Assembly: GCA_050251815.1 (NCBI GenBank)
Contig: JBFWMB010000015.1
Coordinates: 924-64,923, forward strand
DNA from: Salinivirgaceae bacterium
GTDB lineage: Bacteria > Bacteroidota > Bacteroidia > Bacteroidales > SZUA-534
Direction of reading: 5' to 3'
DNA length: 64,000 nt
The position numbers were made by a program, and so were the translations under genes. Below, piece after piece: positions 37,812 through 48,174 of the stretch (its first letter is position 1; every line of letters starts with the position of its first letter). Under the pieces are notes generated by a model. The model was not told where the DNA came from and searched no databases. It saw only the letters and a list, made by a program, of their open reading frames with translations.

Positions 37812-40800
37812 AAAAAAATCAGCCGCCTTTATAAGGGGCAACAAATATGGGTTACTGTTTGTGTTTTTTGCGTTGGCCGGATGGTTAATCAGCCAAAGCA
37901 AAATGCAGTTTCACGAACCTGCCGAGGTGGCTTTTACCTTTAACCAACAACTTATTGAGAAAGAGTATCAGGCTGATCAGTGGATGGATACTATTCTTAA
38001 ACAAATTGAAAATAACACGCTCCACTCCTGGATAAACCAAAACAGTTACGCCATCGACAATTGGTATAATGACAAAGGCCTGACCTTTTACGTTTTTAAA
38101 GAAAACCGGCTTTGGTACTGGACCCACAACGCACTGGTTCTACCCAACGATACGCTGTGGTACCGAACCAGCTTTCAAAATCTGGGTAATGCCTGGGCCG
38201 AGGTTCGCACCCGAAAACAAAACAACTTAATATTGATAGCCCTGGTTCATGTACAAAACAGCTATCCCTATGAAAATGAGTACCTGAAAAACACTTTTCA
38301 TCCTTCGTTTAAGCTAAAATGCCCAACAAGCCTGACCATCGACAGCAATCAGGGCAGGCCCATATACAGCAAAGAAGGCTCGTACCTGTTCAGTCTGCAA
38401 AACAATAAATCCTGCGAGCACAAGAGCAAAACCCGCCTGGCTATTGTTATGTTATTAACCGCTTTAGTTTTTGGTTTATTATTTATTCGCGATAAGTTTA
38501 AGAACCATCGGTTTTCGATGAACCAATTCCTAGTATTTAGCATTATTCTTTTCGGGCTGCGTACCCTATTGCAGGTCATGAAACAACCCTCGTTTCTTGG
38601 TACACTACCCGTTTTTCAGCCCCAGTACTTTGCCTTTTCAGCGCTCTTCCCCTCTTTAGGCGACTTACTGATAACCACCTGCTTGCTGGTTTACCTGCTG
38701 TTTGTTTTTTATGCAAAAGTGGAGCTTGTACCCGCAAAAAATCTACCGGCCCGGCAGGCAAGCCTCACCGGATGGATTTGGCTACTACTTATTGCAGCCT
38801 ATGCTGCATTGGTACACACCCTTTTTCATCATTTGCTAATCGATTCCAATTTTCATTACGAAGCATATGATATTCTAAACCTGTCTATATTCAGCTTAAT
38901 AGGCTATTTCATTCTCATGTCCTTATTTATCGGTCTGGTACTCCTGCTCGACAAGGCGGCCAATCAATTAAAGGACCAGGTATCACCTGCCCGTTGGCTA
39001 CTGCGAATGTTGGTTCTAGTGGTTGTTTTAAGCACCGTATTGTATGCTTTTAATCAAAAAGAGGCTTTGGTTCCTTCGTTCTTTTTTGCCCTGATGATTG
39101 TTTTTTGGTATTGGATTCGACAGAAATACAATCCGCGCTTTGGCATGGTTGTCATACTGATTGCACTTTTCTCAGCTTATGCCACTTATTTTATCCGTGT
39201 TCAAAACCACAACAAACGCATCGAAGAAAGCAAAGTACTGGCTGTTAACCTGGCCCGGGAGCAGGATCCGGTAGCGGAAGTTATTATTGGCGAAATGTTA
39301 CAGAACCTGCACAGCGACAGCACGCTGATTGACATACTTCAGGAAGAATGGTTCGATTTTGAAAAGCTGATTCAATACTTAAATTCAAACTACTTTACCG
39401 GTTACCTGGGGCGTTATAATTTTCAACTAACCCTATGCAATCCAACTGATCGTGTTTTACTCGATGGGCCTGATGAACAATGGGTGCATTGCCATAGTTT
39501 TTTCGATACGCTGGTAAATAAAAATGGTACAAAAACGGCAATTCCCGGGCTCTACCACCTTAAAAACAGAATAGGTGGTATCAATTATTTTGTGGAAACA
39601 ACCTTTTACCTAACCAGTGGCTGGGAAGATGTTACTTTATTTATGGAACTGATCTCTAAACCCAATTTCGAGGTACTGGGTTACCCGGAGTTATTATTGG
39701 AGAAACCCCTGGGACTATACAGCTCTTATACCGATTTAAGCTATGCAAAATATACCAATAACCAGCTTGTTGAACACTCCGGAGATTATCCTTATGCCCT
39801 GGATCAATCGGTTTACCAGCAAACTAAAGGTGAATTTACGGTGTTTCAGGAACAAGACTACGACCATCTTTTGTACCGTAGTGGGTACAATGCTGTTTTG
39901 GTAAGTTTCCCGACAGTAAGGGTATACAACGTGGTGATTTCGTTTACTTATATTTTCCTGTTTTTATTGTTATTGGTTACCCTACTGTTGATATTGGGAA
40001 ACCGCTTTACTCCTATTATTGATTTTCAATTTAATATACGAAACAAAATTGTGTATTCGCTGATAACGCTGCTACTTATTTCGCTTATTGTAATAGGTGG
40101 AGCAACAATTTTTTATACTTATCAGCAATACGAGCGAACCCAAAACGATTTGCTATCGGAAAAAATGCAAAGCCTGCTCATCGAGCTTGAACACAAACTA
40201 TCTAACATTTCGACACTTGAAGAATTAGAACCCGCATACCTGACTTCGTTACTGGTAAAATTCTCGAACGTGTTCTACACCGATATCAACCTTTACGATA
40301 CCAATGGCTATCTTTTATCGACTTCGCGTGACGAGATTTTTGAAAAAAAACTCACCAGTCCCAAGATGCACGCCATAGCCTACCGCGAGCTGGTCATAAA
40401 CAAAAGAGCCAGGGTAGTACACAAAGAACGCATCGGCAACCTGGAGTATTATTCGGCTTATTTGCCCTTTGTGGGAGCCGACCGCAAACTATTGGCATAC
40501 ATAAACCTGCCTTATTTTACCAAAGAAGTGGTGTTCCGGCAGGAGCTTTTGCGGGTTGTAGTGGCTGTTATCAATATATACGCTTTTCTAATCATGCTTG
40601 GAATTGCCATAGCCATTTACATGTCGAACCGCATTACAGAACCTTTGCGAATGTTACAAAACCGCATTAGTAAAATAGATTTAAGCAAAAAGAACGAACG
40701 CATAAATTATCAGGGTAACGACGAAATTGCCCAACTGGTGTACGAATACAACCGTATGCTCGATGCGCTGGATTCAAGTGCCAAACTGTTGGCCAAATCG

Positions 40801-41478
40801 GAACGGGAATCAGCCTGGCGCGAAATGGCCCGCCAGATTGCCCACGAAATTAAAAACCCGCTGACACCTATGAAACTGAGCACACAGCTTTTGGAACGCT
40901 CATGGATAAATCAGGATACGGATTTTGAACAACGTCTAAAACGGTTTACCAGCAACCTGATTGAACAAATTGACAGCTTATCGGCCATTGCTTCGGCATT
41001 TTCGCAGTTTGCACAAATGCCCCAGCCGAGAACCGAAAAAGTAAATCTGGTGGAACGACTGATGCAAAGTACCCAGTTGTTTAAAGAATGTAGCTATGTT
41101 GAAGTCGATTTTGATTTTGATACCCACCAACCCATTTACATAAAAGCCGACAACGAGCGTATGCTGCAAGTGTTTAATAACCTGATTAAAAATGCCATTC
41201 AGGCGATTCCTCCTACCAAACAGGGAAAAGTTCATATAAAAATAAATCAGGAAAACGAGCAGGTTCTGGTTGCCATTAGCGACAATGGCGTAGGCATTTC
41301 GAAAGAATTTGAAAACAATATGTTCCAGCCCAACTTTACCACCAAAAGCAGCGGAACGGGTCTTGGCCTGGCCATTGTAAAAAATATTGTAGAAGAATTT
41401 GGCGGTTCCATCTGGTTCGAGTCGGAATATGGAAAAGGAACTACTTTTTTCGTGTCGTTCCTACGATTAAACCCATAG
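37804..41478 (+). CDS. Giant polytopic sensor histidine kinase (about 12 TM segments, two or three extracytoplasmic domains, HAMP, NtrY-like HisKA, HATPase_c)
   Basis: 1224 aa. The H-box is MARQIAHEIKNPLTPMKLSTQLLE, the N-box NLIKNAIQA and the G-boxes DNGVGIS and GTGLGLAIVKNIVEEFGGSIWFES. HAMP lies after the last TM helix (VVVAVINIYAFLIMLGIAIAIYMS). The gene overlaps rlmH by 8 nt. Confidence 0.85.
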   Translation: MNKKKSAAFIRGNKYGLLFVFFALAGWLISQSKMQFHEPAEVAFTFNQQLIEKEYQADQWMDTILKQIENNTLHSWINQNSYAIDNWYNDKGLTFYVFKENRLWYWTHNALVLPNDTLWYRTSFQNLGNAWAEVRTRKQNNLILIALVHVQNSYPYENEYLKNTFHPSFKLKCPTSLTIDSNQGRPIYSKEGSYLFSLQNNKSCEHKSKTRLAIVMLLTALVFGLLFIRDKFKNHRFSMNQFLVFSIILFGLRTLLQVMKQPSFLGTLPVFQPQYFAFSALFPSLGDLLITTCLLVYLLFVFYAKVELVPAKNLPARQASLTGWIWLLLIAAYAALVHTLFHHLLIDSNFHYEAYDILNLSIFSLIGYFILMSLFIGLVLLLDKAANQLKDQVSPARWLLRMLVLVVVLSTVLYAFNQKEALVPSFFFALMIVFWYWIRQKYNPRFGMVVILIALFSAYATYFIRVQNHNKRIEESKVLAVNLAREQDPVAEVIIGEMLQNLHSDSTLIDILQEEWFDFEKLIQYLNSNYFTGYLGRYNFQLTLCNPTDRVLLDGPDEQWVHCHSFFDTLVNKNGTKTAIPGLYHLKNRIGGINYFVETTFYLTSGWEDVTLFMELISKPNFEVLGYPELLLEKPLGLYSSYTDLSYAKYTNNQLVEHSGDYPYALDQSVYQQTKGEFTVFQEQDYDHLLYRSGYNAVLVSFPTVRVYNVVISFTYIFLFLLLLVTLLLILGNRFTPIIDFQFNIRNKIVYSLITLLLISLIVIGGATIFYTYQQYERTQNDLLSEKMQSLLIELEHKLSNISTLEELEPAYLTSLLVKFSNVFYTDINLYDTNGYLLSTSRDEIFEKKLTSPKMHAIAYRELVINKRARVVHKERIGNLEYYSAYLPFVGADRKLLAYINLPYFTKEVVFRQELLRVVVAVINIYAFLIMLGIAIAIYMSNRITEPLRMLQNRISKIDLSKKNERINYQGNDEIAQLVYEYNRMLDALDSSAKLLAKSERESAWREMARQIAHEIKNPLTPMKLSTQLLERSWINQDTDFEQRLKRFTSNLIEQIDSLSAIASAFSQFAQMPQPRTEKVNLVERLMQSTQLFKECSYVEVDFDFDTHQPIYIKADNERMLQVFNNLIKNAIQAIPPTKQGKVHIKINQENEQVLVAISDNGVGISKEFENNMFQPNFTTKSSGTGLGLAIVKNIVEEFGGSIWFESEYGKGTTFFVSFLRLNP

Positions 41479-41558
41479 CACAAAATAAAGCAATCCAATT
41501 AACTGTGGGTATTCCCGTGCTATTCCGCCGAACTTTCAAACAGCAGAAACCTGGCTAA

Positions 41559-44048
41559 TTAGGCAAATTTAACCACGGTAATTCCAGCGCCACCGAATTC
41601 CACATGCTCATCCTCCACCTTATGCACCAAATCGACCGTGAAAAGGTATTCGCGAATCAACTGACGTAAAATTCCATTTCCTTTACCATGTAAAATTTTT
41701 ACTTCGTGCGCGCCCACCATAATGGCTTCGTCAATAAAATCCTGTACGGTTTGTATCGCCTCATCGGCACGTTTGCCACGCACATCGAGTCCGGGTTTAA
41801 AGGCCATCTTTCGCTGGTTGAGTTCATAAGCCTGCTTAAACTTTGCACTACCTCCCGCTTGGCGTAACATGTTTTTCTTCTCTTGTTGTTCTAAAGCTTC
41901 CAGCTTGGTAATGGCAACTGTGGTAAGCAAATTGCCAAAAGCCACCACAGCGTTTTTATTGCTTAGTTCCATAATCTCACCAACCGAGGTTTGCCCTTTA
42001 ATACGCACAGGCATGCCAATGGTAAAAGGCTTTTCACGAACATGTTTTTTCTTTTCAGGTTGTTCTGTTTTTTGTTCTGTCTTTGGCTTTTTAACTTTGT
42101 TTTCGCGTTCCTTAAGCTTCTGCATTTTGCGTTGAATGCGTTCCTGTTCTGCACTGTTTGCGGCAACTACTTCTTCTTTAAAACTGTTTAATTCCTTGCG
42201 AGCTTCAAGGGTTTTTCCTTTTTCGGCCTGAGATTCTTTAATTTTTCGGACTGTATTTTCAATAATTTTATTGGTATCGTTCAGCAGTTTTTGCGCTTCA
42301 GAACGGGCATTCTCACTTACTTCTTTACTGAACTCGGTAGCTTTAGCCAGTTCCTGCTTTTCTTTTTCCATCATCTCTTCAAGCCGACGCTCAATTTTCC
42401 GGATGTTTTCCCTCTTGTTTTCCCAGTAGCGCTTATCGCGCAGAATCTGGCGCAGGTGTTTGTCGAAATGCACCTGATCCTCACCAACTTTCGATTTGGC
42501 ATCTTCAATTATATCCTGTGACAAGCCAATTTTATAGGCAATCTCAAAAGCAAAACTACTGCCCGGCTTTCCCATTTCAAGTTTAAAAAGCGGCTCCAGT
42601 TTTTGCGTATCGTAAAGCATGGCTCCGTTTACAATTCCCTCCTGCGATGAGGCAAAATGCTTCAGGTTGGTATAGTGCGTGGTGATTACCCCAAACACCT
42701 TATCGGAATTGAGTTTGTTTAAAACCGCTTCGGCAATGGCTCCACCCAACATAGGTTCGGTGCCGGTTCCAAACTCGTCGATTAAAACCAGGGTTTGCGC
42801 ATCGGCATTGCGTGTAAAATGCTTCATACTTAGCAAATGCGAACTGTACGTGCTCAAATCGTTTTCGATGCTTTGCTCATCTCCAATGTCGATAAAAATA
42901 TTTTTAAACAAACCGGTTTTACTGTCGGGCTCAACCGGAATGAGCAGGCCACATTGCAACATGTATTGCAGCAGTCCCACGGTTTTTAAACAGACCGATT
43001 TACCGCCGGCATTGGGACCTGAAATCAGAAGAATGCGATTGGTTCTGTTCAGACTAATGTTTAAGGGAACTACCTTACGGTTTTCTTCTTTAAACGACAA
43101 ATACAACAAGGGGTGAATGGCTTGATTCCATTGTAATACCTGGCTGTCACTTAATTCAGGCATTGTTCCTCCAATACGCTGAGCAAATCGTGCTTTAGCG
43201 CGAATAAAATCCATAATTCCCAACAGCATCAGCGCATCTTCCAAATCGTCGGTGTAAGGTCTGATGGTATCAGTAAAATCTTTCAGAATACGAACAATCT
43301 CGCGTCGTTCATCGGCTTCAAGACTTGAAATCTGATTGTTTAATTCGACCACTGGTGCAGGCTCCACATAACAGGTTTTTCCCGTGGCCGATTCGTCGTG
43401 AATAATTCCCGAAATTTTGCGTTTGAACGATACCGGAACGGGAATCACTGAACGTCCGTCGCGCATTGCCAATGTAGCATCTGGATCAACCCAGCCCTCC
43501 TTTTGAGCCTGATGAATGATGCGGTGAATCAGTTTGGAAACCTCCTGCTGCTTGGCTGCTAAATCGCTGCGAATGTGGGCAAGTTCTGGTGAAGCTTTAT
43601 CACGAATCTTTCCCTGTCCGTTTAAAATTTTGTCGATACCATCGGTAACATAAGCATGAACGGTAACTTTATCTGCAATGGCTTTCAGGTGCGGGTACTT
43701 ATCGGCGGCTTCGTCCTTTTTAAAAAAACGCAGGATGTTTTTTACCGTTTGTATGGCCCTGCGGAGATTGAACAATTCGCTGGTTTCAAGAAAGGTTCCG
43801 GAAACACGCATCTTGGCAAAAGCTGAACGAAGGTCGAAATAATGATCGGTAGGGAATTCTTCGCCCGATTCAAGCAAAAGCCTGAATTCTTGGGTCTCAA
43901 TCAAACGCAGACGCAAAGTACTGTAGTTATCCAAAAAATGCATCTGCCCGACCAAATCTTTTCCCAATTCGCTAAGGCAATGCTCTTTTACCAGCTCACG
44001 TACTTTTACAAAATCAATTTTATGTTCAAAGTTCTCCGGATATATCAC
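41559..44048 (-). CDS. mutS2: Endonuclease MutS2 (MutS domain V plus a C-terminal Smr domain)
   Basis: 829 aa. Walker A is GPNAGGKSV and Walker B is LVLIDEFGTGTEP. A long charged coiled coil precedes the C-terminal Smr domain (LDVRGKRADEAIQTVQDFIDEA...VKILHGKGNGILR). Confidence 0.9.
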   Translation of the reverse strand: MIYPENFEHKIDFVKVRELVKEHCLSELGKDLVGQMHFLDNYSTLRLRLIETQEFRLLLESGEEFPTDHYFDLRSAFAKMRVSGTFLETSELFNLRRAIQTVKNILRFFKKDEAADKYPHLKAIADKVTVHAYVTDGIDKILNGQGKIRDKASPELAHIRSDLAAKQQEVSKLIHRIIHQAQKEGWVDPDATLAMRDGRSVIPVPVSFKRKISGIIHDESATGKTCYVEPAPVVELNNQISSLEADERREIVRILKDFTDTIRPYTDDLEDALMLLGIMDFIRAKARFAQRIGGTMPELSDSQVLQWNQAIHPLLYLSFKEENRKVVPLNISLNRTNRILLISGPNAGGKSVCLKTVGLLQYMLQCGLLIPVEPDSKTGLFKNIFIDIGDEQSIENDLSTYSSHLLSMKHFTRNADAQTLVLIDEFGTGTEPMLGGAIAEAVLNKLNSDKVFGVITTHYTNLKHFASSQEGIVNGAMLYDTQKLEPLFKLEMGKPGSSFAFEIAYKIGLSQDIIEDAKSKVGEDQVHFDKHLRQILRDKRYWENKRENIRKIERRLEEMMEKEKQELAKATEFSKEVSENARSEAQKLLNDTNKIIENTVRKIKESQAEKGKTLEARKELNSFKEEVVAANSAEQERIQRKMQKLKERENKVKKPKTEQKTEQPEKKKHVREKPFTIGMPVRIKGQTSVGEIMELSNKNAVVAFGNLLTTVAITKLEALEQQEKKNMLRQAGGSAKFKQAYELNQRKMAFKPGLDVRGKRADEAIQTVQDFIDEAIMVGAHEVKILHGKGNGILRQLIREYLFTVDLVHKVEDEHVEFGGAGITVVKFA

Positions 44049-44154
44049 AAGCTTTTTTCTACAAAAATAATGTTATGATTTTAATTGGGGCCCTATTTAA
44101 GTTTTGATTTGCATTTTTGTTGTATCGCTCAAATAAACACTATTTTTGTTTCGA

Positions 44155-45150
44155 ATGAAATTAATGGCTTACACGATGCGCTTATTCATTTGTTTAATTT
44201 TAATGGTTCTGAACCTGAATCTTTGGTCGCAGGATGTACTGTTTTTAAAAAACGGCGAAAAGCTCAATTGCACCATTGTAGCCATCGACACACAAATTGT
44301 TTCGGTGCGTATTCAGGGATTGATAAACGATGAAAACCACGAAGTGCCACTTTCACAGGTAGATTCAATGGTTTGGAACAAAAAAAGTAGCAATTATTCA
44401 AAGCTCCCATCCTTTTCAAGCTTATCCAGTCCAAAAGATTCCACTCCTAGCCTTGATGGAAACTATTTGTATTTGTTTACAGGAACTATCATCAGCGGAA
44501 AAACCGTTGACTTAAAGCAACCCTTTATTGGATATCCGTATTTGTTGATTGACGAAAAAAAAATCGACGCACATGAAGTGAAATTCTTTTCGAACGATGA
44601 AGGCTTTTTTGCCAATACCATTAGATTACAAGGACTTTCTACTTCATTTTTTGCGCGAAGGGTACGAAAAGGACATATTAACTTGTACGAACGCACCACC
44701 TATAATGCTACTGCGCTGAGTTATGGATATGCAGGCACACCAGGTTTTGGCGGACATGGAACTTATGGAACTGTAGGTGGATTTGGAGTCGGTGCATCGT
44801 TACCGCACACCAAGTTTTATTACAACAAAGGTTTTGACGATTTAAAACACCTTGATTTTTACAACCTCAGAAATGATATGGCTGACAATCCACTGGCCCT
44901 ATCAGCACTAAATCATTGGAATCAAACCCGTAAAAAAGGAAATGCTTTCTTATACTCCAGTCTCCTGGTAACAGGAGTAAGTTTTATTGCATTCACCAAT
45001 AAAGTAACTGAAAGTGGAAACTCCAGGGTTACCGTAGAATTAGCAGGTTTATCGTTGGGTATTTCAGGCTTAATAATTAAGTATTTGGTGTGGGATCGAA
45101 GTTTAAATCCGCAAAACCTGAAAAAAAGTATCGATATGTATAACCGCTGA
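44155..45150 (+). CDS. Hypothetical secreted/membrane protein
   Basis: Signal-like N-terminus MKLMAYTMRLFICLILMVLNLNLWSQ, with the ATG at 44155 chosen over the TTG at 44146. It has a Gly-rich stretch GTPGFGGHGTYGTVGGFGVG and two C-terminal hydrophobic helices. Confidence 0.45.
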   Translation: MKLMAYTMRLFICLILMVLNLNLWSQDVLFLKNGEKLNCTIVAIDTQIVSVRIQGLINDENHEVPLSQVDSMVWNKKSSNYSKLPSFSSLSSPKDSTPSLDGNYLYLFTGTIISGKTVDLKQPFIGYPYLLIDEKKIDAHEVKFFSNDEGFFANTIRLQGLSTSFFARRVRKGHINLYERTTYNATALSYGYAGTPGFGGHGTYGTVGGFGVGASLPHTKFYYNKGFDDLKHLDFYNLRNDMADNPLALSALNHWNQTRKKGNAFLYSSLLVTGVSFIAFTNKVTESGNSRVTVELAGLSLGISGLIIKYLVWDRSLNPQNLKKSIDMYNR

Positions 45151-45261
45151 GTCAAATAGTTGTTATGTTTATAAACAAACGGCTGATAGCAGCTAAGCAA
45201 GATATAACTATAGAAACCATCGAATAAAAAGATAAAAGAGTACATTAAAATAATAAAAAAC

Positions 45262-45903
45262 ATGAACTACAAATCCTTTGTATTTAGTCCCTTTCAGGAA
45301 AACACCTATGTACTTTATGATGATAGTAACGAATGTGTAATTGTGGATGCAGGGAATTTTTCGGAATACGAACACGAACAACTGGATTCATTTATCGAAA
45401 AAAACCGACTTAAACCGGTGGCTCTGCTTCAAACACACAATCATCTCGATCACCTTTTTGGAGCAAAATATGTCACCGGAAAATACCAGATTCCATTGGT
45501 TTGCCATGCCGACGAGGTACCCTGGATTAAGCGCTTCAAAGCTACCTGCGCAGCTTATGGTCTGGAAATGGACGAAGACCCCCCAATGCCTCAGCAATTG
45601 ATTGCTCATGGCGACCGGTTTAAGTTTGGCCTATCTGAACTGGAGGTTATTCATGTTCCCGGGCATTCGGCCGGAGGTGTGGCTTTTTATCATGCACCCG
45701 ATGCCTTGCTCTTTTGCGGCGATATACTGTTTGATGCCAGCATTGGTCGCACCGATTTACCCGGTGGAAATTACGATCAGCTAATTTCAGGCATCAAAGA
45801 AAAGTTTTTTGTGCTGCCCGAAATTACCCGTGTTTTTCCGGGGCACGGTGCTGAAACCACTATTGGCAAAGAAAAAAGCAGTAACCCTTATGTAAAAGGA
45901 TAG
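45262..45903 (+). CDS. MBL-fold metallo-hydrolase (glyoxalase II-like)
   Basis: 213 aa with the metal motif THNHLDHLFG plus HVPGHSAGG and the downstream D/H ligands. Confidence 0.8.
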   Translation: MNYKSFVFSPFQENTYVLYDDSNECVIVDAGNFSEYEHEQLDSFIEKNRLKPVALLQTHNHLDHLFGAKYVTGKYQIPLVCHADEVPWIKRFKATCAAYGLEMDEDPPMPQQLIAHGDRFKFGLSELEVIHVPGHSAGGVAFYHAPDALLFCGDILFDASIGRTDLPGGNYDQLISGIKEKFFVLPEITRVFPGHGAETTIGKEKSSNPYVKG

Positions 45904-45912
45904 TCCCCGGAT

Positions 45913-46317
45913 TTAGCTTTCCTTTTTCAGCAAATCGCGAATTTCAGCCAATAAAACTTCCTGATTCGATGGAGCCGGAGGAGCTAAAGGAGTTTCTTCC
46001 TTCTTGCGTTTGGCGCTATTCATAAACTTAACAAGTAAAAATACAGCCCAGGCAACAATTAAAAAATTGAAAACAACCTGTAAGAAGTTACCGTAATTAA
46101 GGCTTACTGCTGGACTTTCACCAACAGCCTCTTTCATTACAATACTGAGATCTGAAAAATTCACCCCGCCAACCAATAAACCTATGGGAGGCATAATTAT
46201 GTCGTTCACCAGGCTGCTGACTATCTTACCAAAGGCTGCGCCAATTATAATACCTACTGCCATGTCAATTACACTGCCTTTCATGGCAAAGGTCTTAAAC
46301 TCATTAAGAATTTTCAT
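45913..46317 (-). CDS. mscL: Large-conductance mechanosensitive channel
   Basis: 134 aa. The sequence [40 protein letters not shown] is the MscL signature. Confidence 0.9.
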   Translation of the reverse strand: MKILNEFKTFAMKGSVIDMAVGIIIGAAFGKIVSSLVNDIIMPPIGLLVGGVNFSDLSIVMKEAVGESPAVSLNYGNFLQVVFNFLIVAWAVFLLVKFMNSAKRKKEETPLAPPAPSNQEVLLAEIRDLLKKES

Positions 46318-46416
46318 TGCTGTACAATTTACGGTTTAAATACTTGGATTTGAATAAAATCAAAGTTATCAATTTTTGACAAATCCTATACTGGAGTATC
46401 ACTTATAGTTTTATTC

Positions 46417-46455
46417 AATAAAAAAGCGGGCACGGGTTTAAACCCCAATGCCCGC
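46417..46455 (-). terminator. Rho-independent terminator of the perR-dps-prx operon
   Basis: The hairpin pairs GCGGGCA (46426-46432) with TGCCCGC (46449-46455) and has an inner palindrome GGGTTTAAACCC. On the minus strand it is followed by TTTTTTATT. It lies about 30 nt after the prx stop. Confidence 0.7.
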
Positions 46456-46486
46456 CACTTAAAAAACCCACAATTGTCTGGTGTGC

Positions 46487-47206
46487 TTATTTTTTTAGAA
46501 CTCGTTTCAAAACCGTGTCCTTATCTAGTTTTTTGGTACAGAAAAACCAGTCTTTGCAATCGAGGCCTTCTTCTTTTCCATCCATACGGTTTTTAGCCGT
46601 TCCGCAAGAGCCAGCAGTAGGAATAATAACATCGTCACCCGGACGCCAGTCAGCTGGAGTAGCAATGTTAAACTCGTCGGCTGTTTGCAGTGCAATCACA
46701 ATGCGGTATAATTCGTCGAAGTTGCGACCCAGGCTTAAAGGATAATACAAAACGGTGCGTACAATCCCTTTTGGATCGATTACAAATACAGCGCGAACCG
46801 CTTTGGTATTGCTTTCGCCTGGCATCATCATACCGTATTTTTTGGCCACTTCCATGGTAATGTCTTCAATTAACGGAAACATTACTTCCACGTTTTTCAT
46901 TCCTTTGTATTCAATCTTGTCTTTAATGGTACGCAACCAGGCTATGTGGCTGTATAAACCATCAACCGAAAGACCTACCAGTTTACAGTTGGCTTCGTTA
47001 AATTGCTTTTCCATGCTGGCAAAGGTCATAAACTCCGAAGTGCAAACCGGTGTAAAATCGGCCGGATGGCTAAAAAGAATTACCCAACTGCCTTTGTAAT
47101 CGGCCGGAAAATTGATGTCACCCTGGGTGGTTACTGCTTTAAACTCAGGTGCTGGTTCGCCGATGCGTGGCATGGCATAAACTTTTTGTTCATTATTTTC
47201 TTCCAT
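46487..47206 (-). CDS. Peroxiredoxin (Prx6/1-Cys-like AhpC/TSA family) with a Cys-containing C-terminal extension
   Basis: 239 aa. The peroxidatic site is HPADFTPVCTSE. The C-terminal tail is GSCGTAKNRMDGKEEGLDCKDWFFC. Confidence 0.85.
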   Translation of the reverse strand: MEENNEQKVYAMPRIGEPAPEFKAVTTQGDINFPADYKGSWVILFSHPADFTPVCTSEFMTFASMEKQFNEANCKLVGLSVDGLYSHIAWLRTIKDKIEYKGMKNVEVMFPLIEDITMEVAKKYGMMMPGESNTKAVRAVFVIDPKGIVRTVLYYPLSLGRNFDELYRIVIALQTADEFNIATPADWRPGDDVIIPTAGSCGTAKNRMDGKEEGLDCKDWFFCTKKLDKDTVLKRVLKK

Positions 47207-47228
47207 AATCTTGATTTTTTATTACTAA

Positions 47229-47696
47229 TTATTTTAAAAGTGCATTATACATCCAAATCATTTTTTCCTGGGCATCGATAAAGCCCGACACCAAATTTAC
47301 TGTTCCATCGTCGCCATTCTCGGCAGCCAGTTTTACTATCTCACGTTCCTGATTAAGCAAGACTTTGGTTTCGCTAATTACCTCTTTAACTGTGGCTTCG
47401 GCCGAAGTCACATTTTCTTTTTCAGTAATGCTTGCCAACTTTATGTATTTTGAAAAGGAATGAACCGGTTTGCCTTCGAGCATAAGAATACGTTCAGCAA
47501 TTTCATCGGCCATTTCATTCAAACCGTTGTAAAGTTCTTCAAATTTCTCATGCAACTGAAAAAACTGTTTACCAACAATGTTCCAGTGATATCCACGAAC
47601 ATTCATGTAACTAATTTGCACATTGCTCAGGTAAGCATTGAGCATTTCGATCATTTTAGCAGCATAAGCTGCATTTAAATTAATTTGATTACTCAT
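47229..47696 (-). CDS. dps: Dps-family DNA-protection/ferroxidase protein
   Basis: 155 aa. The motif NVRGYHWNIVGKQFFQLHEKFEELY...DEIAERI carries the Dps ferroxidase-centre residues. Confidence 0.85.
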   Translation of the reverse strand: MSNQINLNAAYAAKMIEMLNAYLSNVQISYMNVRGYHWNIVGKQFFQLHEKFEELYNGLNEMADEIAERILMLEGKPVHSFSKYIKLASITEKENVTSAEATVKEVISETKVLLNQEREIVKLAAENGDDGTVNLVSGFIDAQEKMIWMYNALLK

Positions 47697-47709
47697 AATT
47701 TTATTTTTT

Positions 47710-48153
47710 TTATTTGTGATTGTTTGTTTTGTGCTTAATAAAACTTCCGTTGATTTGCAATTTAATATCGTCTATTATAAAGTTTTCGATAGCGTGCTGC
47801 TTAAAAAAGGTTTTTAATAATTCGTCAAGTTTCTCATTTTCATAATCCTCAATATAATCACACTGCACGCAATACAAATGATGATGATTTGATAATACAC
47901 CGTCGTAGCGCATTACATCCTTCTCCGTTTTTACTTTTTTTATAAGTTTGTTTTGCACCAGCACATCCAAAACTTTATATACCGTTCCTTTAGCAATGTT
48001 TGGATGCTGCTTTCGAATGTAATCAATTATCTGATCAGCTGTGGGGTGATTATTCAAGCTGTAAATAGCCTCCAAAATACTCATTCGCTGAGGTGTGACT
48101 TTTAAGCCTTTTTCTACAATCTTTTCGCGAACTTTATTGAGGGTATCATCCAT
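47710..48153 (-). CDS. Fur-family transcriptional regulator, PerR-like by context
   Basis: 147 aa. It has a winged-helix N-terminus (RMSILEAIYSLNNHPTADQIIDYIR) and the metal site HHHLYCVQCDYIED. It is the first gene of an operon with dps and the peroxiredoxin. Confidence 0.8.
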   Translation of the reverse strand: MDDTLNKVREKIVEKGLKVTPQRMSILEAIYSLNNHPTADQIIDYIRKQHPNIAKGTVYKVLDVLVQNKLIKKVKTEKDVMRYDGVLSNHHHLYCVQCDYIEDYENEKLDELLKTFFKQHAIENFIIDDIKLQINGSFIKHKTNNHK

Positions 48154-48174
48154 AATGCAAATTATTTCTATTTA

